This document shows positions 30,379 through 41,737 of a DNA stretch of 64,000 nt, in pieces (the first letter of the stretch is position 1; each line of letters opens with the position of its first letter). The notes beneath the pieces are model-generated. The model saw only the letters and a list, made by a program, of their open reading frames with translations. It was not told the DNA's origin and did not search any database. Made by a program: the position numbers and the translations under genes. The stretch is from a bacterium (lineage in GTDB: Bacteria; Zhuqueibacterota; Zhuqueibacteria; Residuimicrobiales; Krinioviventaceae), in contig CAXXMD010000003.1 in the NCBI GenBank assembly GCA_963675755.2, forward strand, positions 672,001-736,000, read 5' to 3'.

Positions 30379-32115
30379 TTACTTGATAAAGACCATTTTC
30401 TTACATTCTGTTTGATTACCAACAGTCAATCTGTAGAAATAAACGCCTCCAGCCATTGCTGTACCAGCTTCATCAACACCGGTCCAGTTAACTGAATGTA
30501 CACCTGCAGCTTGTTTAGCATCAACAAGTGTTTTCACTTTTTGTCCAATTGTATTGTAAACAACCAGACTTACGTGATCTGCTTTATTCAATGAGTAATT
30601 GATTGAAGTAGTTGGGTTGAATGGGTTCGGATAATTCTGTCCCAATTTGAATGCAGCTGGTGCTTTGGTATCATCATTAATGTCTGTAGATGCAGGAGTA
30701 ATCAATGGCAGATTTCCATCACCTAAATAGATAAGTTTTGCATTATCAACAGAATCTCTCATAGCAGCAACATACTGTTCACGATTTGCTACCCAGTCTG
30801 CCTTTTTATCTGGCCACCAGTTGAGGTCACCAAGAGGTAATCCGTCAGTACCACCGGTTTGCCAGGTTGTATTGGCATAAGAGAGATCATATTGAATAGG
30901 CCAGTTACAAACCGGTAAACCATCTTCTCCAAATGTAACAAGTGCCGGTACATCATAAGTAGGTACATCTACCGGTTGTTCACCCCAATATGCTTCCAAA
31001 AAGGCAATAAGGTCTGCAACATCTGTTGGTGCAACAGTAAAACCAGGATTAAAATCCATGTAATTGGGACCAATTTTGTAATCAGCATCAGTAACTACAA
31101 AAGTGTCTGTTGTTGCAGGGAAAAGACCGGATTGATGGATACTGTCCAATGGTGCTGTAGCTGCTCTGTTTTCGAACCATTCATCAATGGCTTCTTCAGT
31201 GTAAAATCCATTATACGCGAAATAAGTAGAAACAGAATCAAGCATATCACTCACTTCATATAACCAGTTATAGGTAGTGAAATTCATCTGATACCAGTCA
31301 TCGTTTCTAATCTGATTCGGGCCATAACCCATAAATTCCCAGTTTACCCAGTAATTATTAGCACAAACACATTCATACTGACGTAATTCCATGGCATTTT
31401 TGGTATTGTTAATAATAGAATTATGGGTAATGACTGATTTCATTTTGGGGAATGGGCCGGCATTACACAACAATCTACCGTTGTTTATAATGGTGTTGTT
31501 TTCAATTACTACGTCACCACCGCTTGTATTAAAACGAGTAGTCATTCCATCAAACAAACTATAGTCTGCACTACCGGCATTTTGGAACACACAGTTTGTA
31601 ATACTGACTTCGATATTCTCGCTATCATTTTGAAAAATTCTGTCATAGTCAGAGAAAGCTATATTGTCCATTACAAATCTGATGCCATAGGTACTCCTGA
31701 TCATCGTGCCGCCGATTTGACCGGTGCTGACCATACCGCTCATAATAAAATTCTTTAAAATCAGCTCACCACCTTCAATAACAGTAAAAAATCGTCTTCC
31801 AGCGCCTGATGATTCGTCAGGGGTATTTACCAATACCGGTGGAAAATCATCACCATTATCCTGAACCATGTATTCAACAAAAGGGCCAACAATTTCACAC
31901 TTGAAATCTACAGTCATTGTACCATCAAAGGCATAGAATGTTGAACGTTCAAGTTTATAAACATCGTGAGCCTGGGAACCATCCGCAAGGGTATCTGCCA
32001 GTATCTGCAGGTTGACATAGTTGTTAGGATCGATAACCAGTGTATCAGCATCCTGAGCGAATACCGGAATTGCAATCATTGCAAACAAAACAAATAAAAT
32101 AGTAAAGTTTTTCAT
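30379..32115 (-). CDS. Secreted beta-helix protein with C-terminal FlgD-Ig/T9SS-type sorting domain
   Basis: Signal peptide; GTDGLPLGDLNW; tail LGQNYPNPFNPTTSINY...GVYFYRL...KMVFIK. Confidence 0.85.
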   Translation of the reverse strand: MKNFTILFVLFAMIAIPVFAQDADTLVIDPNNYVNLQILADTLADGSQAHDVYKLERSTFYAFDGTMTVDFKCEIVGPFVEYMVQDNGDDFPPVLVNTPDESSGAGRRFFTVIEGGELILKNFIMSGMVSTGQIGGTMIRSTYGIRFVMDNIAFSDYDRIFQNDSENIEVSITNCVFQNAGSADYSLFDGMTTRFNTSGGDVVIENNTIINNGRLLCNAGPFPKMKSVITHNSIINNTKNAMELRQYECVCANNYWVNWEFMGYGPNQIRNDDWYQMNFTTYNWLYEVSDMLDSVSTYFAYNGFYTEEAIDEWFENRAATAPLDSIHQSGLFPATTDTFVVTDADYKIGPNYMDFNPGFTVAPTDVADLIAFLEAYWGEQPVDVPTYDVPALVTFGEDGLPVCNWPIQYDLSYANTTWQTGGTDGLPLGDLNWWPDKKADWVANREQYVAAMRDSVDNAKLIYLGDGNLPLITPASTDINDDTKAPAAFKLGQNYPNPFNPTTSINYSLNKADHVSLVVYNTIGQKVKTLVDAKQAAGVHSVNWTGVDEAGTAMAGGVYFYRLTVGNQTECKKMVFIK

Positions 32116-32350
32116 AGTTTCTCCCTATTAATTAATTTCTTTACCCAATAAGCTTAAATGACACTTTTTTACAACCTCCATACATATTGTGTCAGTGTAC
32201 CAATCGTATTACATCTGGTACCTTTTATTTCCGATTAATATGCCGACATCACCTCCTTTTTTAATATAATTGCTAGTTAGATTGATTTTCTCTGTTAATA
32301 ATGAATACCTAGCTCAACTATCTTGCCCAAAAATCTTTTGGCAGCTATTT

Positions 32351-35278
32351 TTAAAATCTAAAGCGTAATCCTACATCAGCAGTACTACCTGTATAGACAG
32401 CCGAAGATAATAACTCAAATTTACTTACAAAGTATCTGTCAGGACGATTTGTTAAATTTTTGATATTGCTGTACAATTCAAGCCCATGCCATGGCAGTTT
32501 TTGATTAATTATCAAATCCCAACGATAGTAATCATCGGTATATGGATCCAGCTCTTCACGTCCCGATGCACTGTTCAAAGTGTTTCCCTGGTAGAGGAAA
32601 GACAAGCGCATGGAAAATCCGCGGTAATCAAAACCAACGGTTGAATTCAAAATATCGTTAGACTGGTTCGGCATACGACCGCTACGGGTTGAATCAACAA
32701 ATACGGATTTTGCAAAAATACCGGTTCCTTCTTTTCTTACAAACTGGTAAGGAAAGCGGGTCTCTGAATCCATATGTGAATAATTGATACTGAAAACGAT
32801 ACTGCGCAAGATTCCCGGCAGGTACCAGAAATTGGTTTGCCAGTCAACTTCAAATCCTTTAACTGTGGATTGATCTTGAAGATTTATCCAGGTATCAACA
32901 GTGGTATTCTTGTTTTGAGGTATAACAACCGTATTAAAGATCCTTTCCGCATCCATCGTATAAAATCTTGATGTTGTGATCAGATCGTCCATCTCTTTTT
33001 GAAAAAAACCAATAGTAAACAGGCCGATATAGTTATCATAAATTGATGTATATACATCATAGTTCTGTGCAATAGCCGGGCTAAGCGTTGGGTTTCCCAT
33101 AGATATACTTGGAGAACCTGAAGAAAAATAGTAATATGGTGACATTGCCCGGTAATCAGGATAAATAATGGACTTTGTACTTGCCAGACGGACATCCAGC
33201 CAGTCAAACGGTTTGATGCGCAAATGCATTTGCGGAAACCAGTTTTCCTCAGTCTTGTCTAATTTGACTTTTTCATTATAAAAATCATAGAATTCCGGTC
33301 CTACATATGTTGTGCCCCAGGCATCATATTTTATGTTCATGCTTTCATAGCGAATACCCGGAATAAATGTTACATATTTACCTATATCCATTTCTGTCAT
33401 TAAATAAAATGCGGTAATATCATCATCGTAGGTATAGTCATATTGGTTTGATTCCCGTGATTCCTTGAAAAAACGGTCCCACTTGCGCGCCAGACCTTCA
33501 TACTGGTTCATTCTCAATAGACTACCTGTGTAATAAAATTTGTCGTTCTCAATACCTTCTTTACCGGCAAGGAAATTACCAACATCATAATTTGGATTTT
33601 CAAACAGAAAAGCGCGAATACCGTTACCGGTATCTATGGCATTCAAGCCCAGATCAGTCCATAGCGAATCAATCATCATACGGGTAAAAGTTTGACTTGG
33701 GGTGTGACGATCGGGATTAATGAAATATAGCGTTTCATCATTCTCACGTTTACTGATTCTGTATTTAGCACCAAACTTGATCTTGCCAGACAAATAATTG
33801 GTAAAACGGTATGGCAAGCTGACATTCAACATGGCATTTTGCTCAGCAACGGTTACATCACGCTCATTTGACTCTAACCTTTTGGTCCGCAAATCATCGG
33901 CTATAAAATTCACACTGTTTAAAAACTCACTGGGGGTAGCATCAATAGCCTTGGCACCCAAATCCGTTGTAAAGCCAGCCTGGTCCTGTTCGGGAATGAC
34001 CCGCATTGTTAAATCACCAGGGACATCCATTTTAGAGACAGAGTTGGCCAAGGAAAAGTCAATGTCCATATCCCACAATTTATAATCACCCTGTAGCGTA
34101 TTATTATAAACAGTCGTTGTACCTTCAGCTTCGGTGGTATAACAATCGAACTGGTATCCATCAACATTCAATTCGTTTCTCATTGTTACAGATTTACTGT
34201 TAAGATCACTGATAAAATTGCTAAACAGTAAAGATCCATTATTAAACTGGTAATCCATTACAAAACCAGCGCCTTTTCTTTTGCGGCTTGAAGCAATGTC
34301 AGTAATGGTTACAGAGGCCAGATCAATTTCGGCTAGTCCTTCTATTGTTGTGGTTTCTTCATTAGTGGTATAGCCTGCATTCAAAGCATCTGAACTGCGA
34401 TCAAATTCATCGATCGATGCGGTAACCTGCACACCCAGCTTGTTTTTGTAAAAACGATTGCTGATGCCTCCATAAAACCGGAAATTCTTAAACTCTTCAA
34501 CCATAGAACCATAACCACCCTGGCTGGTAACATCAACATGAAAGCCGTCTTTTGCTTTATCAATTCGCAGGTTTACAACGCCACCAACTGCGTCAGCATC
34601 CATATCCGCCGTTAAAGCCTTGGTTACTTCAATACCTGATAGCATATTCGGAGAAATCATATTAAGGTCAACGCTACGGTCATTACGGTCGGTTGATTGC
34701 ATTCGTACACCGTTTACCATCATCACATTGTATTTGGGTGATAAACCACGGATAACCACTTTGGCACCTTCACCACCACTACGGATAATGGATATACCGG
34801 GGAGTCGCCCAACAGACTCGGCTGCATTATCATCGGGAATCTCTTTGATACGGTCAGAAGCAACCACATTGGTAATGGTTCTTGCGGATAATTGCTGGTT
34901 GATAGCCGCAATCTGGCCTTCGGCCTGCGCGGTAATCTCTACCATTTCCCCTTCAATGGTAACAAATTCCAATGCAAAATCTTTTTCAAGATTTCTTCCG
35001 GAAATTATATTAATAGTTTCACTCTTGTCCTGATATCCTATATATTTGACCAACAAGGTAAAATTACCCGGTGGTACCCTGGGAATTGAATATTCACCCT
35101 CTACATTTGTTGCTGCCCCTATACTGGTGCCTTTAATTAATACATTTGCTCCCGGTAATGGTTCTCCGGTTGCGGCATCAGTTACTTGCCCTGAAATCGT
35201 AGCACTGTAAACAGAGTGTGCACAAAAGATCATCAGGACGATCAATAGAACTGTTTTTTGAATACCAAAACGTTTCAT
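32351..35278 (-). CDS. TonB-dependent receptor (carbohydrate type)
   Basis: CarboxypepD-like N-terminus, PDDNAAESVGRLPG, IEVTKALTADMDADAVGGVVNL, terminal Phe. Confidence 0.93.
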   Translation of the reverse strand: MKRFGIQKTVLLIVLMIFCAHSVYSATISGQVTDAATGEPLPGANVLIKGTSIGAATNVEGEYSIPRVPPGNFTLLVKYIGYQDKSETINIISGRNLEKDFALEFVTIEGEMVEITAQAEGQIAAINQQLSARTITNVVASDRIKEIPDDNAAESVGRLPGISIIRSGGEGAKVVIRGLSPKYNVMMVNGVRMQSTDRNDRSVDLNMISPNMLSGIEVTKALTADMDADAVGGVVNLRIDKAKDGFHVDVTSQGGYGSMVEEFKNFRFYGGISNRFYKNKLGVQVTASIDEFDRSSDALNAGYTTNEETTTIEGLAEIDLASVTITDIASSRKRKGAGFVMDYQFNNGSLLFSNFISDLNSKSVTMRNELNVDGYQFDCYTTEAEGTTTVYNNTLQGDYKLWDMDIDFSLANSVSKMDVPGDLTMRVIPEQDQAGFTTDLGAKAIDATPSEFLNSVNFIADDLRTKRLESNERDVTVAEQNAMLNVSLPYRFTNYLSGKIKFGAKYRISKRENDETLYFINPDRHTPSQTFTRMMIDSLWTDLGLNAIDTGNGIRAFLFENPNYDVGNFLAGKEGIENDKFYYTGSLLRMNQYEGLARKWDRFFKESRESNQYDYTYDDDITAFYLMTEMDIGKYVTFIPGIRYESMNIKYDAWGTTYVGPEFYDFYNEKVKLDKTEENWFPQMHLRIKPFDWLDVRLASTKSIIYPDYRAMSPYYYFSSGSPSISMGNPTLSPAIAQNYDVYTSIYDNYIGLFTIGFFQKEMDDLITTSRFYTMDAERIFNTVVIPQNKNTTVDTWINLQDQSTVKGFEVDWQTNFWYLPGILRSIVFSINYSHMDSETRFPYQFVRKEGTGIFAKSVFVDSTRSGRMPNQSNDILNSTVGFDYRGFSMRLSFLYQGNTLNSASGREELDPYTDDYYRWDLIINQKLPWHGLELYSNIKNLTNRPDRYFVSKFELLSSAVYTGSTADVGLRFRF

Positions 35279-35478
35279 ACAGCCTCCTTAATGGATATAA
35301 AACCTGTAAACCTATTTTAATCATTTTTAACTGTAGCAGAATATTTGAATATGCAGCTTATAATTATCTAGTATTACGATTACACAGTAGGCTATATTGA
35401 ATTGCAAAAAATTCCAAACAAAACACTCTATTGCAACAGTGTAAATTATTACAATTCATTACATTTTGCAGGTAATGA

Positions 35479-35508
35479 TGTCTAAAAATCTGGTATCAGT
35501 GTCTAAAA
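35479..35508. promoter_or_regulatory. Putative HTCS operator: direct repeat with 21-bp period
   Basis: TGTCTAAAA at 35479-35487 and 35500-35508, upstream of the TBDR. Confidence 0.6.
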
Positions 35509-35543
35509 TGAAGGTTATTATTGAGGATTATGTATTTTAGAGG

Positions 35544-38500
35544 CTACTTTTGGAACTCTTTGACATATTCTGTAGGCAGTTTGCCAAAATATTTTTTGAA
35601 TGCTTTTGAAAAATAAGAGGGGTCTCTAAAACCCACTTCATAAGTAATTTCTGTAATTGTCATGCCAGATTCTTTTAACAATTGGGCAGAACGTTTTAAG
35701 CGGATGGCATTAATAAAATCTCTTACTGAATGACCGGTCAATACACGGATTTTATTATAAAGTCCGGCACGGCTTGTCCCCATTTTTAAGCTAAATGCGT
35801 TAGAATCAAAATCCGGATCATCCATATGCTGTTCAACAATGTCAATTGCTTTTGCAAGAAACTGTTGATCAACAGAATTGATATTGATTTCTTTGGGTTC
35901 AACCCGAATATCCTGTTGAAACCGGTTCCACAACTGCTTACGTGTTTCAAGAATATTGTGAATACGTAAGGAGAGTTCTTTACTGTCAAAGGGTTTTGCA
36001 AGATAATCATCTGCCCCTGTTTCCAATCCTTCTATCACATGCTGATGTGATGACCTGGCAGTGATCATTATTACCGGTATGTGGCTGGTACGAGGATCCG
36101 TTTTGATTTTTTTGCAAAATTCAATACCACCCATTCGAGGCATCATGATATCTGTTATTATAATATCGGGAAGTTGTTTAATTGTTTTCTCTAAACCGTC
36201 GAACCCATCTATTGCTTCAGTAACAGTATATTGAGTTTCAAGTTCATTACGAATAAAATTACGCATATCGGAATTGTCTTCAACCAGTAATATCTTTACA
36301 TCCGGATTTTCTACCATACTATTCGTGTCATTGTCAAGACTGATCAATAAACCAGATCGATATACTTCCGGTACAATAACTTTAACATTTTTATCTTTAG
36401 CATTATCAATTGAATAAATTGCCGGAATTTCTACTGTAAAAGCTGTGCCCACACCTTTTTCACTTTCTACTGACAATTTTCCCTGTTGTATTTCAACAAG
36501 TTCTTTGGTTAACGCCAAACCAATGCCCGTACCTCCGGCATGGTGATCTGTACCTTCCTGGACCTGGTAAAACCGTTTAAATATTTTGTTCAATTTCTCT
36601 CGGGGAATACCAATGCCGGTATCTTTAACAATGATCTGTAACTTGTCTTTGTATTTTATAGTACCGTGGTTTGGCAATACTTTACGCATTTCTTTATCAC
36701 CGGGAATTTGTGAAACAATGACCTGAACAGATCCCCGCGAATGTGTAAATTTCAATGAATTTGACAGCAGGTTCAACAAAACTTTTTCCAGTTTATCAAA
36801 ATCAAAAAATATTTCCAAATGCTCCAACTGTGTTTTAAACTCCAGTACAAGTTGTTTTTCACCGGCAAGTGATTGGAAAGCATTGGTTACATCACTAATA
36901 AAGACAACAACATCTCCTTTAACCAAATCAAATTCTATCTGACCAGATTCCACCTTTTGAAAATCAAGCACCTGATTTACAAGCCTCATTAAGCGGTTAC
37001 AGTTACGATTCATCATTTCCAATTGAAAGGTAGTGTCAGAATTTCCATTATTTTTTTTACGCAAATTATTTAATGGTCCCAAAATCAATGTCAACGGTGT
37101 TCTCAATTCATGAGAGATATTTGTAAATAATCTTACTTTGGCCTCAGAAAGTTCCTTGATGATTTTGTTACGATGGACAAGATGAAACATGAAAAAGGCA
37201 ATAGTAATAAAAAAGAAAGCAATCAATCCAATAAACCAGGGTTGTTTCCAAACATAGGGGATGATATAGAATTGCACCTTGTCGGGTGAAGGGTCTACAT
37301 TCATATCTCTGTCACGCGATTTGACCAGAAAGGTATGATTTCCATCCTTTAAATTTAAAAAAACCTGATTTATTCTATCACTAAAAGGCGTCCAGTCTTC
37401 ATTGTCCAGCTTGTAAGAATAGAGCAAATTTTCATCCGGCGTTGCTTTCCATGGATCATGGCCCATCCACGATAAAATCACATTACCCGGTTGTGAAATT
37501 TTGTCCTGAGAAAATGTTATAAATGTCTCGGGAGGTAGTTTGTCTGGCTTGTATTGAATTGAAAAGAATTCTCTTGCAGACTTTAGGGGGCTGGTTTCCT
37601 TGTTTATGGCTCTAACCAGCCATTGTTGAGGTATATTATTAAACCATAATGTACCATCCTTTAAAGCACGTAAGGTTATTCCATCTTTATTGATCTTTAT
37701 AAAATGGGGAAAAATATCCAGTGTCCAGCTTCTTCCATCAAAATGACAAATATTCTGATCTGTTGCTACCCACACATTGCTGTCTGAAAGTGCATACATA
37801 CTTATAATTGTATTGCTTGAAAGGCCATCGTTAATGGTATACTGTGACCAGCTTTGAGTTATATAATTATAACTGAAAACACCACAAGTTCTTGTTCCCA
37901 CCCACAGATTACCCTGCTCAGATGTGGATATACAATCATTAAAGCTTTCATCTAACCCAATAGGCTCTGTGATTTTAGTCCACTCATTTATTGCAGGATC
38001 AAAACAGAAAAAGCCCAATTGTCCGCACCAGAGTTTTCCATCACCACTTTGACCAATTCCATATATAGCAGACAGATGAAATCGATCATTAAAGTAAAAA
38101 TACTCACAGTCAAACTCGGTCAATGATCGGCCAAAGCTATATTTAATCAATCCACCAATCTGGCCTTTATCTTCAAGAAAATCTTTACCTGAACCAAACC
38201 AGAGATTGCCTTGCGCATCTTCCAAAACAGCACGATGTCCAATACACCAGGCCAAACGGGGATGGGTTTGTATGTGCCATTTTTCATTATCCAGGTAAGC
38301 GGTTGCTGCCACCTCATTATGGCTGCCGGCTATCCATACCTGCCCCTTGCTGGTAATATACAAGACTACAGGTTCATCCAGCACCCCATCACTTTTATCA
38401 TAACTCGTCCAGTTTTTCATCAAAGGATCAGTTTTAATCACCTGGCCGTCATAAGACAAAAACCATTTACAGCCATCTTTATCAATTGCCTGGAAATGAA

Positions 38501-39608
38501 TTCCCTGAAAAGTTGTCCACCGTTCGGTAAGCAGATCCACCCGCCATACCTGATTTCCTAATCCAATAATCCACAAACTGCCGTCTTTGGTTTTAAATAA
38601 ATTCCAACGGTTTGAAGGCAGTGGTAACCCCGGACCAACATACATGTACCATTTACCTTCACTATACTCAAAGATCTTTCCAAAGCTGCCAATCCATAAC
38701 GATCCATCACGGGATTCAACAATGTCTGCATGGATATCATCCACCTGAAACTTTTCTTTCATGGATTCCTGGTACCATTTTTCTCCATCAAATACATTGA
38801 TACCCTTGCCAATTTCTCCACTAACAACAAAAATCAATCCATCCACATTTTTCATTACCAGCGGAAATCTTGAGAGGATATATCCATCCTGTTGGTCAAT
38901 TCTCACCCAGGTTGGCATGGATTGCAAATCATCCGGTTCAAGAATACATTTGTAAATTCTTCCATCGCGCAGCCCCATCCAGAGCACACTATCCGATTCA
39001 ATATAGATGGAAAAGACATCAAACTTTTCCAACTCGTATTGTTCGGTAAAATCAATTTCGGGCTTGTGATAATCGGGAAAGATATGAAATTCTCTGTACA
39101 ACGTCATCACATCATTCTTGATACGTAGTGCGCCTTGTTGTGTGCCAATCCAGACACTTTTATCCGGAGCTTCAAGAATAGGGAACTTGTTATTGGGAAA
39201 ATCAAAGGAATCTCCGAATTCCAGGCCTATATTCAAAGGTGTCCATTCCCCCTCTGCAAACAAGCTAATGCCCTCTGGGGTTCCTACATAAAGCAACCCC
39301 ATACTGGTTGCACAAAGCGAAATAACCGGGACCTGGCTTGAATCACCATTCAATGGATGAAAATCCCAATCTATTCCGTTATAACTCATCAACCCACCTG
39401 TCACTCCAAACCACAACACACCACTTGAATCCTCAGCCATACAACGACAGCTTTTTCCACCAAGATTGGAATAATGCTGCCATCTCCAGGGCTCGGTAAA
39501 CGGATTCGCACGATCAGGAGTAAAGGTACCTTTGCTGAATGTATCATTTACCAATACAAACAACAGCAAAAACAGTATGAGACGGGACAAGGTTTTCATA
39601 TACAACAC
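35544..39608 (-). CDS. Hybrid two-component system (beta-propeller sensor, Y_Y_Y, HisKA, HATPase, REC, AraC HTH)
   Basis: FTNISHELRTPLTLI, NLLSNSLKFT, GGTGIGL, DIMMPRMGG, VGFRDPSYFSKAFKK. Confidence 0.95.
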   Translation of the reverse strand: MLYMKTLSRLILFLLLFVLVNDTFSKGTFTPDRANPFTEPWRWQHYSNLGGKSCRCMAEDSSGVLWFGVTGGLMSYNGIDWDFHPLNGDSSQVPVISLCATSMGLLYVGTPEGISLFAEGEWTPLNIGLEFGDSFDFPNNKFPILEAPDKSVWIGTQQGALRIKNDVMTLYREFHIFPDYHKPEIDFTEQYELEKFDVFSIYIESDSVLWMGLRDGRIYKCILEPDDLQSMPTWVRIDQQDGYILSRFPLVMKNVDGLIFVVSGEIGKGINVFDGEKWYQESMKEKFQVDDIHADIVESRDGSLWIGSFGKIFEYSEGKWYMYVGPGLPLPSNRWNLFKTKDGSLWIIGLGNQVWRVDLLTERWTTFQGIHFQAIDKDGCKWFLSYDGQVIKTDPLMKNWTSYDKSDGVLDEPVVLYITSKGQVWIAGSHNEVAATAYLDNEKWHIQTHPRLAWCIGHRAVLEDAQGNLWFGSGKDFLEDKGQIGGLIKYSFGRSLTEFDCEYFYFNDRFHLSAIYGIGQSGDGKLWCGQLGFFCFDPAINEWTKITEPIGLDESFNDCISTSEQGNLWVGTRTCGVFSYNYITQSWSQYTINDGLSSNTIISMYALSDSNVWVATDQNICHFDGRSWTLDIFPHFIKINKDGITLRALKDGTLWFNNIPQQWLVRAINKETSPLKSAREFFSIQYKPDKLPPETFITFSQDKISQPGNVILSWMGHDPWKATPDENLLYSYKLDNEDWTPFSDRINQVFLNLKDGNHTFLVKSRDRDMNVDPSPDKVQFYIIPYVWKQPWFIGLIAFFFITIAFFMFHLVHRNKIIKELSEAKVRLFTNISHELRTPLTLILGPLNNLRKKNNGNSDTTFQLEMMNRNCNRLMRLVNQVLDFQKVESGQIEFDLVKGDVVVFISDVTNAFQSLAGEKQLVLEFKTQLEHLEIFFDFDKLEKVLLNLLSNSLKFTHSRGSVQVIVSQIPGDKEMRKVLPNHGTIKYKDKLQIIVKDTGIGIPREKLNKIFKRFYQVQEGTDHHAGGTGIGLALTKELVEIQQGKLSVESEKGVGTAFTVEIPAIYSIDNAKDKNVKVIVPEVYRSGLLISLDNDTNSMVENPDVKILLVEDNSDMRNFIRNELETQYTVTEAIDGFDGLEKTIKQLPDIIITDIMMPRMGGIEFCKKIKTDPRTSHIPVIMITARSSHQHVIEGLETGADDYLAKPFDSKELSLRIHNILETRKQLWNRFQQDIRVEPKEININSVDQQFLAKAIDIVEQHMDDPDFDSNAFSLKMGTSRAGLYNKIRVLTGHSVRDFINAIRLKRSAQLLKESGMTITEITYEVGFRDPSYFSKAFKKYFGKLPTEYVKEFQK

Positions 39609-39775
39609 TAGATAGTAATTTGATATTAAATTACAAATTCATATATGGACATAATTTACATCCATATAATAGGTACTAAAATTCGGAATTGCATACAATT
39701 AATGAATTATAAAGAATTATATAAAAACTTGCAAGAATTGTTTATTCGTCAATATTTTCTTTCTTGTAATATAAT

Positions 39776-40393
39776 TTAAACTTGAAAACTAAGGTGTTTT
39801 TTTAATTCACGAATAAATCCAGCATCCATCCAATAAAGATCATGATGATGAGGCGGGCTATGCCAGCGGGTAAAGAACAGATATTTTCCATCTGGTGATA
39901 TACCAGGAAACCGTTCCTGTTTATCTGAATTGACTGTGTTGCCCAAAGCTATCACCTTGCTCCAGTTATCCTTATCATCTCGAAAGCAGATATACAGATC
40001 TCCATAATCATCTTTACTGCCCGGACGGTTAGATGCAAAAAGTAGAAAAGATTCATCCGACGAGATAAATGGATAAACATTCCGATATCCTTCAAGATTG
40101 ACAGGTTCTGGTAAAAGCTCGGCAGGCTGATAAGCACCCTCAACCTGCTTTGATCTACAGATTCCAACTTGGCCATCCACTCTTCCCAGGAAATAACAAG
40201 TACCATCCCGCGTTTGCGAAGGCGTCCAAAATCCCTGTTGGTTGTCTACAACCTTCGGCTCGCGCCAACTCTCTCTCTGTCGTTCTGTTCGCCATATTGC
40301 CAGATTCGTGTTCAGGGTATCATAAATTAATTTGGGACGTTTTGAGCCAAAGTACATGTGTACTCCATCTCTGGGAATAAATGATTGAGGATG
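39776..40393 (-). pseudogene. 5'-truncated PD40 protein, paralogue of 42608-43504
   Basis: Near-identical C-terminal half. Similarity starts at ...PQSFIPRDGVHMYFGSKRP (vs DQPFISVDGKFLYFASKRP); signal peptide and N-terminal blades are missing. Confidence 0.7.
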
Positions 40394-40876
40394 TAGAAAA
40401 CAGGCGTGTTAAGAGATTTGCAAACCAGATAAAAATAAATCGAGAGCTATTAAGGCTGCTTATCAAGTTCAAAATCTCAGATAATTATTTTTTTAATAAA
40501 ATATTGTGATTTAAAGGTATAACAATTCATATTCATCTTGTATTCTACGTTAGCCCGGTTTAGGAAAAATTAAAAAATCACTTTAAAAACAATCAAGGTC
40601 AAAACATCAGCAATGGTCCCCCGGATATGTTCACAAACTACAGTGGGCTATGTACATTGCAGTATGGCCCTCCTTTCGTTATTAACCAAACTATAAATTA
40701 TAACAGATTACATTGTTTGTTGTAACTTGCAGGATGTGTAAGAATTGAAAGATATTTATAAAATGATAGGTTAAACGGATTGTAAATGAACGAATTAAAA
40801 CACTTGAAATTTTATTAAAAAACACGGGCGCGTATAAATTCCGATCCCACCACGGATTAGAGGCCGTAATAATAAT

Positions 40877-41737
40877 TCAACTCAACCTATCCAAAGTAAA
40901 AGTTTTTGAAGGATTAATACCTTCCTCTAATAATAATCTATCTAAATTATCTAACAAATCAGTTAAATTATTAAGTAATATTTCACTTCTAAAACTGGTC
41001 GGACAAAGAACTCTTTCTACTTGTTCCTTTAAATCCATTGGTTTCTTTAAACAGTTTTCTAATGCAAATCTTAAAACTTTCTTTTCACCTGGATTGGGGA
41101 GATAATTTAATGCAAACAAAACATCAAAATAACTTGCAAGTAAAGCTGCAATTCTATGATTTACACTAATTAAATCATTACGCTCAATTGCTTTCTGTAT
41201 TTGATAATAATATGAAGGAATAACACTTCTAAGAACAGGGTGGTTTTTTGCAATGATAGCGTTTTTTAATTTTTCCGGATATGTCAGTTTAGACTTTTCC
41301 TGGAGCTTGTAGAACCAGTCATCACGATCAAATAGAGATATTGAATTTAAAATAGTATGCCAAAAACACGTTGAATAACCTACACTTGCTTGCTGGACAA
41401 CAAGTACGCGGTCTATTTGTTCTTCGATCCAAGCTTTATTCCAATAGATAACATCTACTTCAATTCCAGTCTCTTTATCAATCCACTCATCCCCCAAATC
41501 CCAAAAATTAAGGTCAAGATTGGCCTGTTTTGAGCCAAGTTGAGTTACAATAGTTTGACGAAAATGTAGTGGAATTATCTCACTTGAAAAAACATACAAA
41601 TCAATGTCTGAGAATTTATCAGTAAAACCTTTCACTAATGAGCCGCCGAGTGCAGCCGCATCTACCTGAGGTATTAATTTAAATTGCTCAGAAATTTTTC
41701 TAGCCAAGGTTAAATGTATTGAATTATCATTTTTCAT
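40877..41737 (-). CDS. Pol-beta-like nucleotidyltransferase with DUF4037-like helical domain
   Basis: GGSLVKGFTDKFSDIDLYV, VDVIY, FDVLFALN..PGEKK. Confidence 0.8.
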   Translation of the reverse strand: MKNDNSIHLTLARKISEQFKLIPQVDAAALGGSLVKGFTDKFSDIDLYVFSSEIIPLHFRQTIVTQLGSKQANLDLNFWDLGDEWIDKETGIEVDVIYWNKAWIEEQIDRVLVVQQASVGYSTCFWHTILNSISLFDRDDWFYKLQEKSKLTYPEKLKNAIIAKNHPVLRSVIPSYYYQIQKAIERNDLISVNHRIAALLASYFDVLFALNYLPNPGEKKVLRFALENCLKKPMDLKEQVERVLCPTSFRSEILLNNLTDLLDNLDRLLLEEGINPSKTFTLDRLS

